Assembly: GCF_947242115.1 (NCBI RefSeq)
Contig: NC_074722.1
Span: 29,924,340-29,988,339 of the forward strand
From: Biomphalaria glabrata
Taxonomy: Eukaryota
Length of the DNA stretch: 64,000 nucleotides
Direction: 5' to 3'
The position numbers and the translations under genes were made by a program. Numbering within the stretch: the first letter of the stretch is position 1; each line of letters opens with the position of its first letter. Shown in pieces: positions 48,001 to 59,694 of the stretch. The notes under the pieces were generated by a model, which made no database searches, was not told where the DNA came from, and saw only the letters and a list, made by a program, of their open reading frames with translations.

Positions 48001-49797
48001 TTTTTATGTTATTGTATAATAAAAAATTATGTCTCAGACACTATTACATTTACCAAAGAAAAATGCTACTGTAATAAGGTTTAATATTTCTTTTAGTGCA
48101 GCTGAAAATTTCCACAATTTATTGCACACATTTTTTATTAATATTATCAAAAAACACAACAGAAAAACAAGCAATTAAGTTTCTAAATGTCCATCCATGC
48201 TAGTCAAAGTAATTTAGCACTAAAATAAAAATTTTAAATGTACCTCCATGAACAGTTTTTAGTTTTGGAAATTGCTCCTCAACTTGCTTCCACAAGGCAA
48301 TGAAATCTTTGTTTACAATTATATCCTAAGTGCCAAAATTGAAACAATTGATAATTACTTAATCAAAGAATTAATTAAGATAAAATAAATAAATATAATT
48401 ACATTAACTTTTTAGACCATGAATACATAGTAACTGCTTTAGACATAGTAATTGCGCCAGACGTAATTATCTTCTTTTTTGAAGTAATGTCTGTAATATA
48501 AGATAAGAAGATAGAAAGAAAGGTGGCAGAGGGTGTTGAGTTCATAAATTTGAATGGCTAACATAGGAATGCTAAAGTGCATTAGTTTAAATATCTGAAT
48601 TGTCTCAAAAGGTTTTGTTCATAAATCTTGAAATTCATTAAGAACTCAATAAGATTATTTAGATCTAGTTGCAATGTTTAGTATGAAATTATGAAAATCA
48701 CATTTTAAATCTAAAATTGATTGATTTTCAATAAATTGCCTAGCTTCAAACTAAATAAACACCAGATTTTTATTGATGAAGATTAATTTTCTAAGGAATC
48801 AAAGGCATTATTAGGTCCACCAACTTTTTAAAATAGTTAGCTAACTTCTACAGTGAATAATACAGACTTTTGCTATTATGCTTGCTTTATTTTACTCTTT
48901 ACAACTCTAGACAGCAAATATCATTGAATATTACTTCTACTCTTAAAACATCTTGGTCATGAAAAGAAGCTTAAACATTTTATTCCAACCTTATCATTCT
49001 AGAAAAGATTAGTGTAAAAGTATTTTGTTAGGAATGAGGAAAAGATACATCATAAAAACTCTTGTAGTAGAGATAAACTATCAAAACCCCATTTATTTAT
49101 TTATACTTATTCAACTGTAACAAAAGGGGACACAGTGGTTAAGCACTTAGCTTCCATACCTGGGGTTCAGGGTTCGAATCTCTGTGAAGACAGGGATTTT
49201 GACTTACAGGATTTTTAGGGCGCCCCTAAGTACACCCAACTCTAATGGGTGCCTGAATATTAGTTGGGAAAAGTAAAGATGGTTGGACGGAGTGCTGGCA
49301 AAATGACACCCTACTCGTTAACCATAGGCCAAAGAAACAGATGACCTCAACATCATCTGCCCTATAGATCACAATGTCTAAAAAAGGAACTTTACTAACT
49401 GTAACAAAAAGCAAAAAAAATAAAGATTCCACTTACGGTGAAGTCAACAGTTTCCAGAACACAATTTGGATTTTTCAAGATGGCAGCTGCAATAGCCCAG
49501 CAGCCAGCACTCTGCATAGGATTCTTGCCAACCTGAAATAGTTCACTGGTTGATCTTAAAGTGACTTAGATCATATTACAATCATGTAAAATTATAAGTA
49601 GCCATTAACTTTTAAAAAATCATAATACAAAAAAAATAATAATAAAATCAATTAACATTTGGCATGATATTGAGAGATACTACAGTGAGTGATCACTAGC
49701 AGATCCAGAACTTTGGGGTGGGTGGGGGGCAATTTTTTTCAAACCCTAACCCTAACGCCCAGTAAACCCTAACCCTAAGCATAGATGTGCGTACAGC

Positions 49798-49889
<92 letters not shown>

Positions 49890-52800
49890 AAAGGAGCTTT
49901 TTTACTTGAAAAATATTCTAAAATGAATTTACAGGCCCTTACTACATTGCAAATACAACCGATTTGTTCCTTGAAAAGATAAGATGCCCCACATATTTAG
50001 ATTAAGGCTTTGAGGATCGCCACCAAAAACAAATAATAATAAAAAAACAACAAAGAACAGCCATGTTGTGGTCTTTCTCTAGGTGGTCTGGTGGAGCACT
50101 GTAAGCTCCGACGCCAAATATCATCCTCCCCATGCAATTTTCTGAAGTCACCATATAAAAAAAAAAAGGAATTTAAAAAATATTTCATAAAATTTTGTAA
50201 TCTCAGCAGATTAAACACTACTACAGTGTTTCCCAAACTGTGTTCCATGGAACCCTAGTGTTCCACAAGGCTTAAATATGTGTTCTGCAAACTACTGGAA
50301 TAATTAACTTATGAATTAATGTGAATTAATCTCTCTAAAAAAATAAGCAAAGTGTTCCGTTAAATACTCCGAATGAGCAAAGTGTTTCATTATGGAAAAA
50401 GTTTGGGAAACACTGCACTACTATAATTTTATTACAGCAATTAGCTTGTTGCTGATTTGCTGAGTGATAAAAAAATCAAAAGAGCTGACCTTTAGAACTT
50501 TGAGGGTTTCATTAATTGTTAGACCTTTACCAATCAGTACAGCGCCTTCTGTAGTTAGTCTATTGTTTCTATATTTAAAACAGTTGTAAAAAAACATGCA
50601 CTAAAATAGGTTCCAATAAATAAATGAACATGACATGTAACATGTAATGGCAGCAACTAGGGTACAATAGATATTGAAAGAAAACATGGTGAAACATACT
50701 TTCTAACAAGGACTCAAACCATGGATCCTCAACCCAGGTACCAAGCTAACATTAGACTTGACCATACAGATCTCCAAAAAGAACCTTTCAAGCCAGTAAA
50801 GTTATATGTACTTTTATCATCACCTAGGATGAGATATAATACCCACATTCCTTCCTCTATCAGCCCTATAAAAATAAAAAATCCTCCTTTGGGTCAGGAG
50901 AATCATAAGAGATACAAGACACCAACAGCAAAGACAGACACAAAAACTCTATTATTCCCCTCGCAATCAGATCATTAAATACAATTTAACAATGTAATAT
51001 AAACATTTCAGAAGTAAATTATAAATAAGTCTGGTGTGAATGTAATTTTGGTTTTCTATAGTTATAATGTATTGTTTGGTGTAATGCTCAAATTGTAAGA
51101 CAAATTTCCTTATAAATAATAAAGATTATTATTATTATGTTAGAAACAAATGAATATTCATTCTCTGGCACTGCCAGGGTCAAGTTTCATTAAAGAGAAA
51201 CAAATTTCATTGTAGTCCCTTTATCAGTTTCCACTGAGGAATTTTCTGGTGATTTATTACTACAATTATTATTATTATTTAGTACCATTTAATTTGCTAT
51301 AATAAATAAAAATAGCATGCCATATCTCATAAATGTATTTAATTATGAACAGAACATTTAACCTACGTGAGATCTATTTCCTCTAGTACATTGTTGGCCT
51401 TAAGAGCGTCCATTAGAGCAGAGGATGCTTCTTGACCAAATCCATTCCAAGAGAGATTCACTTTCTTCATAAATACATTGGACTAAAAAATTTCAGTAGT
51501 AAAAAAAAAAGGAAAAAGAAAAATTAATTTAATACTGAAAATTTCCATTTAAAAAAAAAAAACAACAACCCTATTGTCGACACTATTCCACCCATATAAA
51601 GCAGATATATCATACAATCAAAGAAATAGACCCTATACATCCCTATCAGTCAAGTCTGGCCAACACCCTGGGAGCTAGCGTGAAACAGAAGTAGAGTAAA
51701 TCATTTTTTTTTCTGTCACACAGACAACAATAAAACTACAGCTAAACAGTTTAAATCTGGATAGAAGAAGAACTTATACATTAGGCCATGAAAGCTTGTT
51801 TTTTTTTTTACTTTACAAGTTTTTGAATGTTTCTTCAGATTTGAAGATAATTACATCCCAGATGAAACATCCTGCAGGATAATGGGGGAGGGTGGTGAAC
51901 AGGAATTGTACGTGAGACCATTGTGCCCATCTAAAGACATTCCAGAGCACATACCACATGTCCAGGCAGACATAGAATTTGTAATATAAATGAATTTAAA
52001 AAATAACAACTAGGTTGTTCGATGGTAACAGTTTAAAAGATTGCTACATTGTCAGTGTTTTAATCTAGCTGTTCATTTTAATTAGATTTAGTCTATTCTT
52101 CTTTGTTTTATATTTTTTTTATCAAAGAGTCAAAACTTAGTAACAGTGTCATAAGCCATCTCATGCTACAGATCTATATGATTTTTGTGTGTGGGGTCAG
52201 AGGTAATGACTAAGAAGGCTCACTGCAGTGTTTCTAAGGAAATAACCCAAATGTAGAAACAAGTAGTTTTTTTTCATCTTCAGAACACATGTTGCTGTGC
52301 TAATTTCTTTTGTCAATTTCTATTATATCCCTTGGTTACCATGCTCCTTGTCCTAGCAAAAGAAATGTATAGTTTGATGTCTCACCTTGACCCCTGCAGC
52401 CACTGCTATTGCACCTTTCCTTCTCAGGTGATTCCAGGATAGATCCAGCTCTTTGAGACACAGGTTCTCAGATATGGCAGGACCCAACATCAGACCAGCT
52501 TTCTCACCCAAACGATTGTGGCTTAGATTGAGACTCTCCAGCTTGGTTGTTGTCTAAGTTTGAACAAAAATTGTTTAAATAATTATTTAAAAACACATTT
52601 TTTAAGTACCTTTAAAAATGAAAAACATGGCTAATTGCCATTGCTAAATTTAAAAAAAATGTACCAATATCAAGTTGGTCAGGTGAATGGCACTGACATC
52701 ATCAAATCCATTTCCTATAATAAAATTAAGGACATTTTATTATGACATGATATATCCTTTTTACAAAAAAAAGTTAAGTTTTTATATATTTATTTATTTA

Positions 52801-54926
52801 TTTATTTTTTTTTTTTATTTAATCTCCATATTAGTTCATGTTTACCAAAGAGGTCAGATACCTACAGACTTTAAAACAAGATTATCACAACTAAATCCAT
52901 TTGTAAATATATGCATAAATCTAATATACCTGAGAGATTAACTTTTCGTAGCGTGTCATTCTTCTGAATAATTTCACACAACTGGGCTGCACATTTGTTA
53001 AGGTTGTTGTCTGATAAATTCTGAAAAAGATAATATAGTAACAAATGTGTAAAAGACAATTTTTTAGTGAAAAACTACAAAAATGTTTACAACTTGAAAA
53101 TAATGGGACCAATATCTTTGAGTTGTTTGCCTGTCAATTATAGATCAAGCAACAAAAGAAAGCAGACAAAAATGTAGAAAAGAAGTAGAAACAGCCAAAT
53201 TATTATAAGATAAAATCTCATTATTGTTGTGCGCATCTAGAGTTGCTTCTTTGAGTGATGTCTTTCTTTTGTGCCCAATAATGGTTTGTGTGCTATCTCT
53301 GGGGACATGCTATGTTGGCTATATTTATGTTGAATAATTTCCTTAATTTGTACTTGACCTTGTAATTATTATTATTACTCATCATTCATGTCAAAATGTT
53401 ATATCATCTATTCATTAAACTGTTGTCAGTTAAACTCTTGTTGTTAACTGATATATGTTAACTTATTACCATTTCTTGTTCTGTATAATTACCTAACATA
53501 TCAAATAATAGACAGTCAGGGATGCCCAGCAAATGAGCCACAGCCTAATTACAACCCCGACAGGAATTTATTACTCAGTGTTGAGGTGGGGTATGTCAAC
53601 CCCTAGATAACTCTGTGAACCCACCTTGACAATTATGATTCTTTTTCTGGCTTCAGTTTTATTTTCAGTTTTTCCAAAAAGTTTCTTCATGATAATTTTG
53701 ATTTAGAAAAAAATATCCTAAAAAAATTATGTTTGATGTGTTATTTTTTTATTTGATAGAAAATGTATATTTAAAATTTAGATTAGCAATTAAAATATTT
53801 AATTCTGGAAAATAAAAGTACATGCTTATGTTGCTCCCTTAAATGTATTCATCAAATGTCAAACAAAAGAAGAGTTCTAGACACAAAGAAACTTCAATAG
53901 ATTTCTAAGCTGAAAGAATGTCCTTTGACCTTATTTATTTGTTTTGTTATTCTAACAACAATGTTAAAACTATAACCATGGAAAGATTACCAAATCAGTG
54001 ATGAAGCAGTTTTCTTTCAGCATCTCACATAATGCCAGTCCTCCATCTACCCCTAGCCAGTTGTCAGTCAGATCTAGTGTGGTGATGGTCGCATTGGACT
54101 GAAGAGGGAAAATTTTTTTTTATTAGGGTCACATAAAGTTATGTTTTCAAAAAGTGTATAACATCTATAGTTCCTATATTCGATCTTTCAAAAGAAAAAA
54201 CCTTCATGTATTATTGGTGCCAGTACTAGATCTATATTCATTAAAAAGTTAACATGTCACATCAAGGGGGAAAAGTCTATTTAGACTTTATTTAAAAAAT
54301 ACACTACGTATAAATAAATTTAAAATTAGGCAAATCTAGTCTTCTCTCAAATTATTATAGTATTACTATAAAATTGTGCTCACTTACATATAAGTTGAAA
54401 AATATGTATAACTTCATTTGGGAAGAAATACTAAAATGCAAAGGCAAACAAAAATTATCTCCCTTGAAATAATAAAGGCATTGTTTTTATTAATTTTTTT
54501 TTATAGAGGGACAAATAATGTACTATAACATACTCCAAGCACTTGGTCTAACTGCATTTGTAAATATATGTTTGGAAGAGTCTGTGCTGCCATGAGATGC
54601 TTGGAAAGATATATCTTGAGTTAAATTCTGAGCTAAGAATTTCTAGCCTAAATTGGGACTCAGATTTGTGACCTGCAGTTTGACTGCTAAGAATTTCATT
54701 TTATACCAGCCAGCCAGACTTTGATATGTATGCACATTAGGTTTACAACTTACCACAAGTGAGATGGCGATAGGTCTCATTCCCTCCCCTGCCAGACCAT
54801 GATGCTTCATTGACAATGAATTGTCATTCATGTGTCGCAAAAAATACGAGATGGGCACTACTCCAAATTTTTTGCAGGCGTCAAGGTACAATGTTTTACC
54901 TGAGTGATCATAAGCTGGGGTGGCCT
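45035..54926 (-). CDS. LRRC74-like protein (ribonuclease-inhibitor-type leucine-rich repeats) with two C-terminal EF-hand calcium-binding loops. Twelve coding exons were resolved: 54754-54926, 53991-54098, 52930-53020, 52665-52714, 52386-52553, 51367-51482, 50490-50568 (alternative acceptor 50559), 49437-49532, 48244-48325, 47377-47537, 45606-45691, 45035-45066. The ATG-bearing 5' exon and the true 3' terminal exon were not found.
   Basis: The product is (E)ATPAYDHSGKTLYLDACKKFGVVPISYFLRHMNDNSLSMKHHGLAGEGMRPIAISLV / SNATITTLDLTDNWLGVDGGLALCEMLKENCFITDL / NLSDNNLNKCAAQLCEIIQKNDTLRKVNLS / GNGFDDVSAIHLTNLIL / TTTKLESLNLSHNRLGEKAGLMLGPAISENLCLKELDLSWNHLRRKGAIAVAAGVK / SNVFMKKVNLSWNGFGQEASSALMDALKANNVLEEIDLT / TNNRLTTEGAVLIGKGLTINETLKVLK / VGKNPMQSAGCWAIAAAILKNPNCVLETVDFT / DIIVNKDFIALWKQVEEQFPKLKTVHG / GTEIPLKPKQRVHPLAKVTAFINARNIRLIDFFNKFDKDGSMNVSREEFKQGIL / ETGINLSPEDIELLINELDVNEDGAINY / SELAVGQMDYE. 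The RI-type LRR consensus (LxxLxLxxNxIgxxGa) recurs throughout, and there are two canonical EF loops (DKDGSMNVSREE, DVNEDGAINYSE). Every junction is GT-AG and phase-consistent across all 12 exons. The N-terminal segment resembles LRRC74A as recalled from memory ([24 protein letters not shown]...HHGLG..G..AIAI.LV), so the family assignment is moderate. Confidence 0.8.
46283..46430. repeat. Three tandem copies of a unit of about 53 bp.
   Basis: The unit is gtgtaaatgt(g/t)gagttgaa(a/g)taat(t/c)aacagat(a/g)attacatttttaat, repeated three times. Confidence 0.6.
49128..49400 (+). mobile_element. Family-1 SINE, full-length, inside an LRRC74-like intron; flanked by the direct repeat ctgtaacaaaag.
   Basis: It runs from the head gggacacagtggttaagcacttagcttccatacctggggttcagggttcgaatctctgtgaagac to the tail ...ctatagatcacaatgtctaaaaaaggaac. 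The repeat ctgtaacaaaag lies at about 49116 and 49400. Confidence 0.75.
49797..49885. repeat. (TA)n microsatellite, about 44 units.
   Basis: An uninterrupted atatatat run; ORF 49785-49982 is an artefact of this repeat. Confidence 0.9.
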
Positions 54927-55379
54927 CTGTAAAATAATTATAGCACAACATAGACATAATACAAAGATAATGGCACATTTCCTATTCCATTTGCTGGGAC
55001 AAATTCGTACAAGTGCTCCTTGTTATGTAATGCCATTAGAGCATGAAAAAGATTGTTGGAATTAGACAGGAAAACGATCGACTTGCTTTTTAGCGGTCCA
55101 GAAAGGGGAAAAGCCGCTAATAGTTTTGGGTAAGCCTAATCTTTCGGTTCGACAGTACGTCTCAACTAAAAAAAGGTTTTGAAAGTCCAGTTTCGTGATA
55201 TTTCGCAGCTTGCAAAATTTAGGTACAAGTCAACTTTTGTCTATTGAATGCAAGCCGTTTTGTTTCTCAAATTAAATAAATATATACACATTTTGTTAAT
55301 TTGAAAATAAGATATAGTCTACTTTTTGTGTTCACAAATCTAAAATTCCTAATTAATAAGTAGCTGAGAGGTGTTGGGA

Positions 55380-55607
55380 AGATTGAGTCGGGTTGGCTGT
55401 GCTATTAGCCACCGAGTCTAATATCCTCGTAAAAGTTATTACATCCTTGACCATATCTCCTGCAGGTCGCTGTTGGAAGGCGGCGCCTCGGCGGGAAGGG
55501 TTCATCAAGACGACAGTCCAGTACGCATATTGCAGGCTTCCCCTACGATCTCTAAGTCTGTGAGGGAACTAAAGAATTATCAGCGGCCCTTAGGACTACA
55601 ATTTTTT
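55380..55607 (+). ncRNA. Candidate Pol III-transcribed structured ncRNA. A GC-rich island of about 230 bp ends in T8, with a TATA-like element upstream; identity unresolved (RNase P/MRP-like?).
   Basis: Local GC is about 52% against a background of about 30%. The island is unique in the window, non-coding in all frames, and ends ...cagcggcccttaggactacaatttttttt (a Pol III terminator-like T8 at 55600-55607). TAATTAATAAG lies at 55349-55359, about 25 bp before the GC rise. The internal segment GGGAAGGGTTCATCAAGAC is reminiscent of the GGGAAGCTCATCAG segment of human RNase P RNA (H1) as recalled from memory, and of the MRP CR-I GGGGAAAGUCCCCGGAC, but no P1 or P4 pairing could be verified by eye. 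Confidence 0.25.
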
Positions 55608-56621
55608 TTAGTAATTTCTATTTATTATAGTTGATTATAGACCTGTACTTCCAGTTTTAGTTCCCAATACTGACACTTGAACCATGAAACTTGATTATAA
55701 AAAGTGGTAACAATGACGTACGTTGTCTGTTCTCCTTAGCAGCTTTAGAAAGATAAACAAACGTGATACGTGACGCAGTTCTAAAGCAAGAGCTTATACC
55801 TCGTCCAAATAACTTAAGTATCATTTCGATATGGCCCCACGTCCAAGTAGCGTTCGAAGGTAATACTAAGTAAACATTAAGGCTCCCTTCGTTACCCACT
55901 TGGTTCTTAATGGTAATCGAATCTCGTGGCTCTTTTGACCTCCAAGTATCGATTCTAACAATCACTAATGTGAATCACACATTGCCCGAGACCAAAAGAA
56001 AATGCAATGTGTAAATTGTTTTTAATAGCGCAATCAAAACAAATTAATAATAATTTTTTAAAACTACCGATTAGTGGTGTTAGGGATTATATTTGTTAGG
56101 AATAGGCCTATGATGTTTTTTTTTTGTGTTTTACGTCCCCCGAAAGAGGAAGAGCCGACATTAATTTTGTGTGGTCGGTCTGTTCGTCCATTGGTCTCTC
56201 AAAAACTAGAAGAAAAAAAAGTATTGAAAATCCATTTACGATATTTTGCAGCTTGCAATGTTTGGTGCAATGGCTACTTTTTGCTTTCTGAAAGCGAACT
56301 GTTTAATTTTTTAAAACTAATATAAAAGCCGTTTTTTTTAAAATAAATATTTAAAACAAAAAGACTTCAGAGGAGGTAAGTTTGTATAATAGGTCACAGA
56401 CTTCTTCACTGATAATCTGGCTCATGATTGGATTCGCGCATTGGTTAAAAAAAATAGCATGTAAGCCTTTTTTTGTAAGGTGACAAACGAAAAACTATTA
56501 AAGCCCGCTTCTGAGTTCATGTTGAACACAAACTCTCTTTGTAATCTTAAAATAATTTTTCAAACGTGAACTACGTGTTCGTAGGTGCAGCGACTACTTA
56601 TTGTCTTCCCCAAATACTAAT

Positions 56622-58040
56622 GCAACCATGGCGTAGCCAGGGGGGGTTCTTGGGGTTCAACCCCCCCCCCGAAATGAAATCCCCCCCGCGGGGGGGGGGG
56701 GGGGGAATCGGAACTTAGTGACTGATTTTTTGCTTTGATTTTGTTTATTTTAGGTGAAATTTTAATACTAAACCATCACTTGCCACAGCACAGCCAAGGG
56801 GGTTTTCTGTTTAAAAACCCCTACCAGGGGGGTTTGAGTTTAAAACCCCTTTCCAGGGGGGTTCGAGTTAAAAAAAAACTACCAGGGGGGGGGTTGAGTT
56901 TAAAACCCCCTACCAGGGGTTTTTGCAGTTAAATCCCCCTCTTCTATAAAACAAAACAAAAAAAAAATGCAAACGACAATCCCCAAATTCGAAGAGCACA
57001 GTTAAGAAAGATTTTGATTTTAAAACCCCTCTCCAAAATTTACGATAAACCCCCTCTTCAATATAAAAAAAAGCAAATTACACACTCAGAATTCTATGAG
57101 CGTATCCAAAGAGGTTTTGAGTTTACCTCTCTCCCCCCCCCCCCCTTTAAGTAGGGTTTAAGTTAAAAAAAATATCTCTTCAATACCCGGTATAAAAAAA
57201 AGCAAATTACGCACTCAAAATGTTATGAGTGTAGCAAAATGGGTTTTGACTCAGTTTTGAGTTTAAACAACGCTTCAGCGGGGTTTGAGGGTAAAAAATA
57301 CCTCTTTAATATTAAAACAAAGCAAACTAAACATTCTTAATGTTATGAGTGTAGTCAAAGGGGTTTTGAGTTTAAACCCCCCGCTAGCGGGGTTTGAAGC
57401 TAAAAAATACATCTTCAATGTATATTAAAAGCAAAAGGCAACACTCAAAATGCTATGAGCGTTGCCAAAAGGGGTTTAAACTCCCTTTCAGAGGGGTTTG
57501 ATGCTAAAAAATACCTCTTCAATATAAAAAAAAAGCAAATTACACACTAAAATTATTTGAGCATAGCCAAGCTAATTGGGGGTTTTGAGTTTTAATCCCT
57601 CTCCTACAAATGGCTTTTTAAAAAAGTTTAATACCATTCCAGATGGTTTTGAGTTTAAAATCCCCCTACAGAGCGTTTTGAGGTGGAAAACCTCTATCTT
57701 CAATATTATTCTAGAGCAAACTACAGTTACTAAATTCTATGACCGTAGCTTAATGGGGATTTGAATTAAAAAAAAAAAAACAACTCCTGCGATTTTTTAG
57801 TTTAAAACCCCCAAACAGATGATTTTGACGATAAAACTTCTATTTTCGATATAAAATCTAAAGCAAACTACAGTCACTTAATTCCAAGAGCGTATTCAAG
57901 AGAGGTTACACATTTCACCAGTGGCGGGGCTCCATTAATAAAGTGCAGAAAATAGTCATCTGCCAAAATTGAAAAAAACTAAATGAGGCTCAACAAAGAT
58001 GACTAAGACAGCTCTTAGGAGTCAGTTATAGAGATCGGGT
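56622..58040 (+). mobile_element. Composite element copy B: same head, about 115-bp VNTR (about 57060-57560) and 3' module. It is continuous with about 300 bp more of the RTE-like LINE tail (to about 58330).
   Basis: The head is catggcgtagccagggggggttcttggggttcaacccccccccccgaaatgaaatcccccccgcgggggggggggggggggaatcggaacttagtgactgattttttgctttgattttgtt. The plus-frame downstream encodes the LINE C-terminal motif VTERRMRFTGHVLRQNELPYKK at about 58090-58160. Confidence 0.6.
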
Positions 58041-58629
58041 CTAAATCAAGGAAATCCTATGCCGAACTGGGAGTTGACACCTTAGTAAGATTGTGACAGA
58101 GCGTCGCATGAGGTTTACGGGACATGTTCTCCGACAAAATGAATTACCCTATAAGAAAAGTTGCGATGACATCCTAGTACAACTTGTCGCCACACATTCA
58201 TGAAGGTCCCCAGAGCTAGTGGGAAGAGGCTTCAGACATTACCAGTGACAGATTTTTTTGGAAACAGCCTGCCGCCAAATGTTCCGAACGGCGCGGTAGG
58301 GTCTAAAAGTCAGTAAGAATAGCAGATTAGGTTTTTGAAATAAAACTTTTAATAGCAGGAAAATGCACCGTAGATATCTCAGAATATGCATTTTGTTGGC
58401 TTTCAATACCAGAAATAGAGCTTGGCGGCGGGGCTTCGCCCCGCGCTGGGGGAGCTCTTAGCGCTCCCCCAGACCCCCTTGCTGGCAATGGCGGGAGTCT
58501 ACAATTTTTCCACTAACTCCAGGAAGAACCTATTCTAGGGCACAATAAACGTCTTCCGGAAGAATGATGGATCAGAATGTAATAAAGATTATGTACACAC
58601 ACACACACACATATATACATATTTTTAAA

Positions 58630-58730
58630 AAAATTCGCCGGGGGGGGGGGGGCGGGGGGGGAAGGAAAAAATCTCCCCCCCCAAACCCCCCCGAAAAAAA
58701 ATCCTGGCTACTCCCATGAATGCAACTGTA
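58630..58730 (-). mobile_element. Inverted partial copy (C) of the composite-element head.
   Basis: The reverse complement of 58690-58725 is gcattcatgggagtagccaggatttttttt cgggggggtttgggggggg..., which matches the A and B heads (catgggcgtagccgggggg...ttggggttcaac). It is followed by long G and C homopolymer runs at 58636-58690. Confidence 0.45.
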
Positions 58731-59006
58731 ACAAAAAAGCTAAAAATCAATAAGTATGCAGATTACATACACAGTGGAAAGGAATATAAAGTGACTTTGA
58801 ATTAGGAGAGTTCGAATTACGCTTTAAGGAGTGGAATAACTGAACTATATGGATATCTTACGTAGTCAAACGTGAAGCTATTTTGGTATTTTAAATTTGA
58901 GATGAGTATTTTTCTCTTCAAAAGATTTGACAAGGGCGTACACGTTGTGTTTAGAAATTATAAAATAGCAATACAGCCAATACAGCAAGAGATAACAACC
59001 ACAGTG

Positions 59007-59266
59007 TCTCTAAGTTCCCCTTTCAGACCTTGCAATCTATGGGGCAGATTTCTGTAACCCACGGTTCACAGGCGTGTCATGCGGCCAGCACAACGACCTA
59101 CCGACTTTACTTTCCCCAACTAAAGTCATGTTCCCATTCGAGTAGGCTAAACTCAGGGGCGCCCTAAAAATCCCGAAATTCAAAAACCTCAGTCTTCACT
59201 GAGATTCGAGCCCAGGACCCCAGGTTCGAAAACCAAACTTTAAACCACTCAGCCACCGCGCTCCCT
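59007..59266 (-). mobile_element. Family-1 SINE, full-length, with a perfect 14-bp target-site duplication cagtgtctctaagt.
   Basis: The TSD lies at 58993-59006 and 59267-59280. The body is the reverse complement of the tRNA-like head (…gattcgagcccaggaccccaggttcgaaaaccaaactttaaaccactcagccaccgcgctccc) plus the shared tail. Confidence 0.8.
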
Positions 59267-59486
59267 CAGTGTCTCTAAGTAGAGAAAAATTGGTGTCAGT
59301 GATTTGATTTAGTCGGCTCAGTGGTTACAACAGGATAATAGTCGTCACTTGTCAGGACGAGCTTGATACCCAGTCCGCCTCTGCCAGCAGTATAAGAAGA
59401 CAGGCGGCCAGATAAAGAAAAGAAGAAAACAGCTCATTAAAGTAGCGCGTTAAAACTTGAGCACTAAAATAAAAAAAGATTCTAAC

Positions 59487-59694
59487 CTTCAGGCTCCAGG
59501 TCTGTATCATGGTCATTTTCGTTGGAGATATCTACCCCAATTATGTCAAGGTCGGAGCGGTTATCCTGAATCCGTCGTACCGCCATGTCGTCATCACTGT
59601 CGCTTTCAACACCGTGGGCTGCATTCTGCTTGAAGCCGGCACTTTCATCTCTGGAGGCTTGCGATTTCTTTCTGTCGGCGCTTCTGCTTATAGT
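59487..59694 (-). CDS. Candidate internal coding exon of an unidentified minus-strand gene (acidic, Ser/Asp-rich; 69 codons).
   Basis: The acceptor tttcag lies at 59695-59700 and the donor G|GTTAGA at 59487. The open frame is TISRSADRKKSQASRDESAGFKQNAAHGVESDSDDDMAVRRIQDNRSDLDIIGVDISNENDHDTDLEPE. Local GC is about 50% against a background of about 30%. A 69-codon stop-free frame is unlikely by chance in AT-rich DNA. No partner exons were identified and no family was recognised. Confidence 0.35.

Noticed and set aside
50090-50160. Minus-strand frame encoding ...GVGAYSAPPDH..., resembling the GAYSLILAIKRNP segment of LRRC74.
   Set aside because: The next upstream exon's phase-0 output is matched perfectly by the exon at 49437-49532 (VGKNPMQSAGCWAIAAAILKNPNCVLETVDFT), which aligns across the whole homologous segment. 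The 50090 frame has no usable splice sites and is a chance resemblance.
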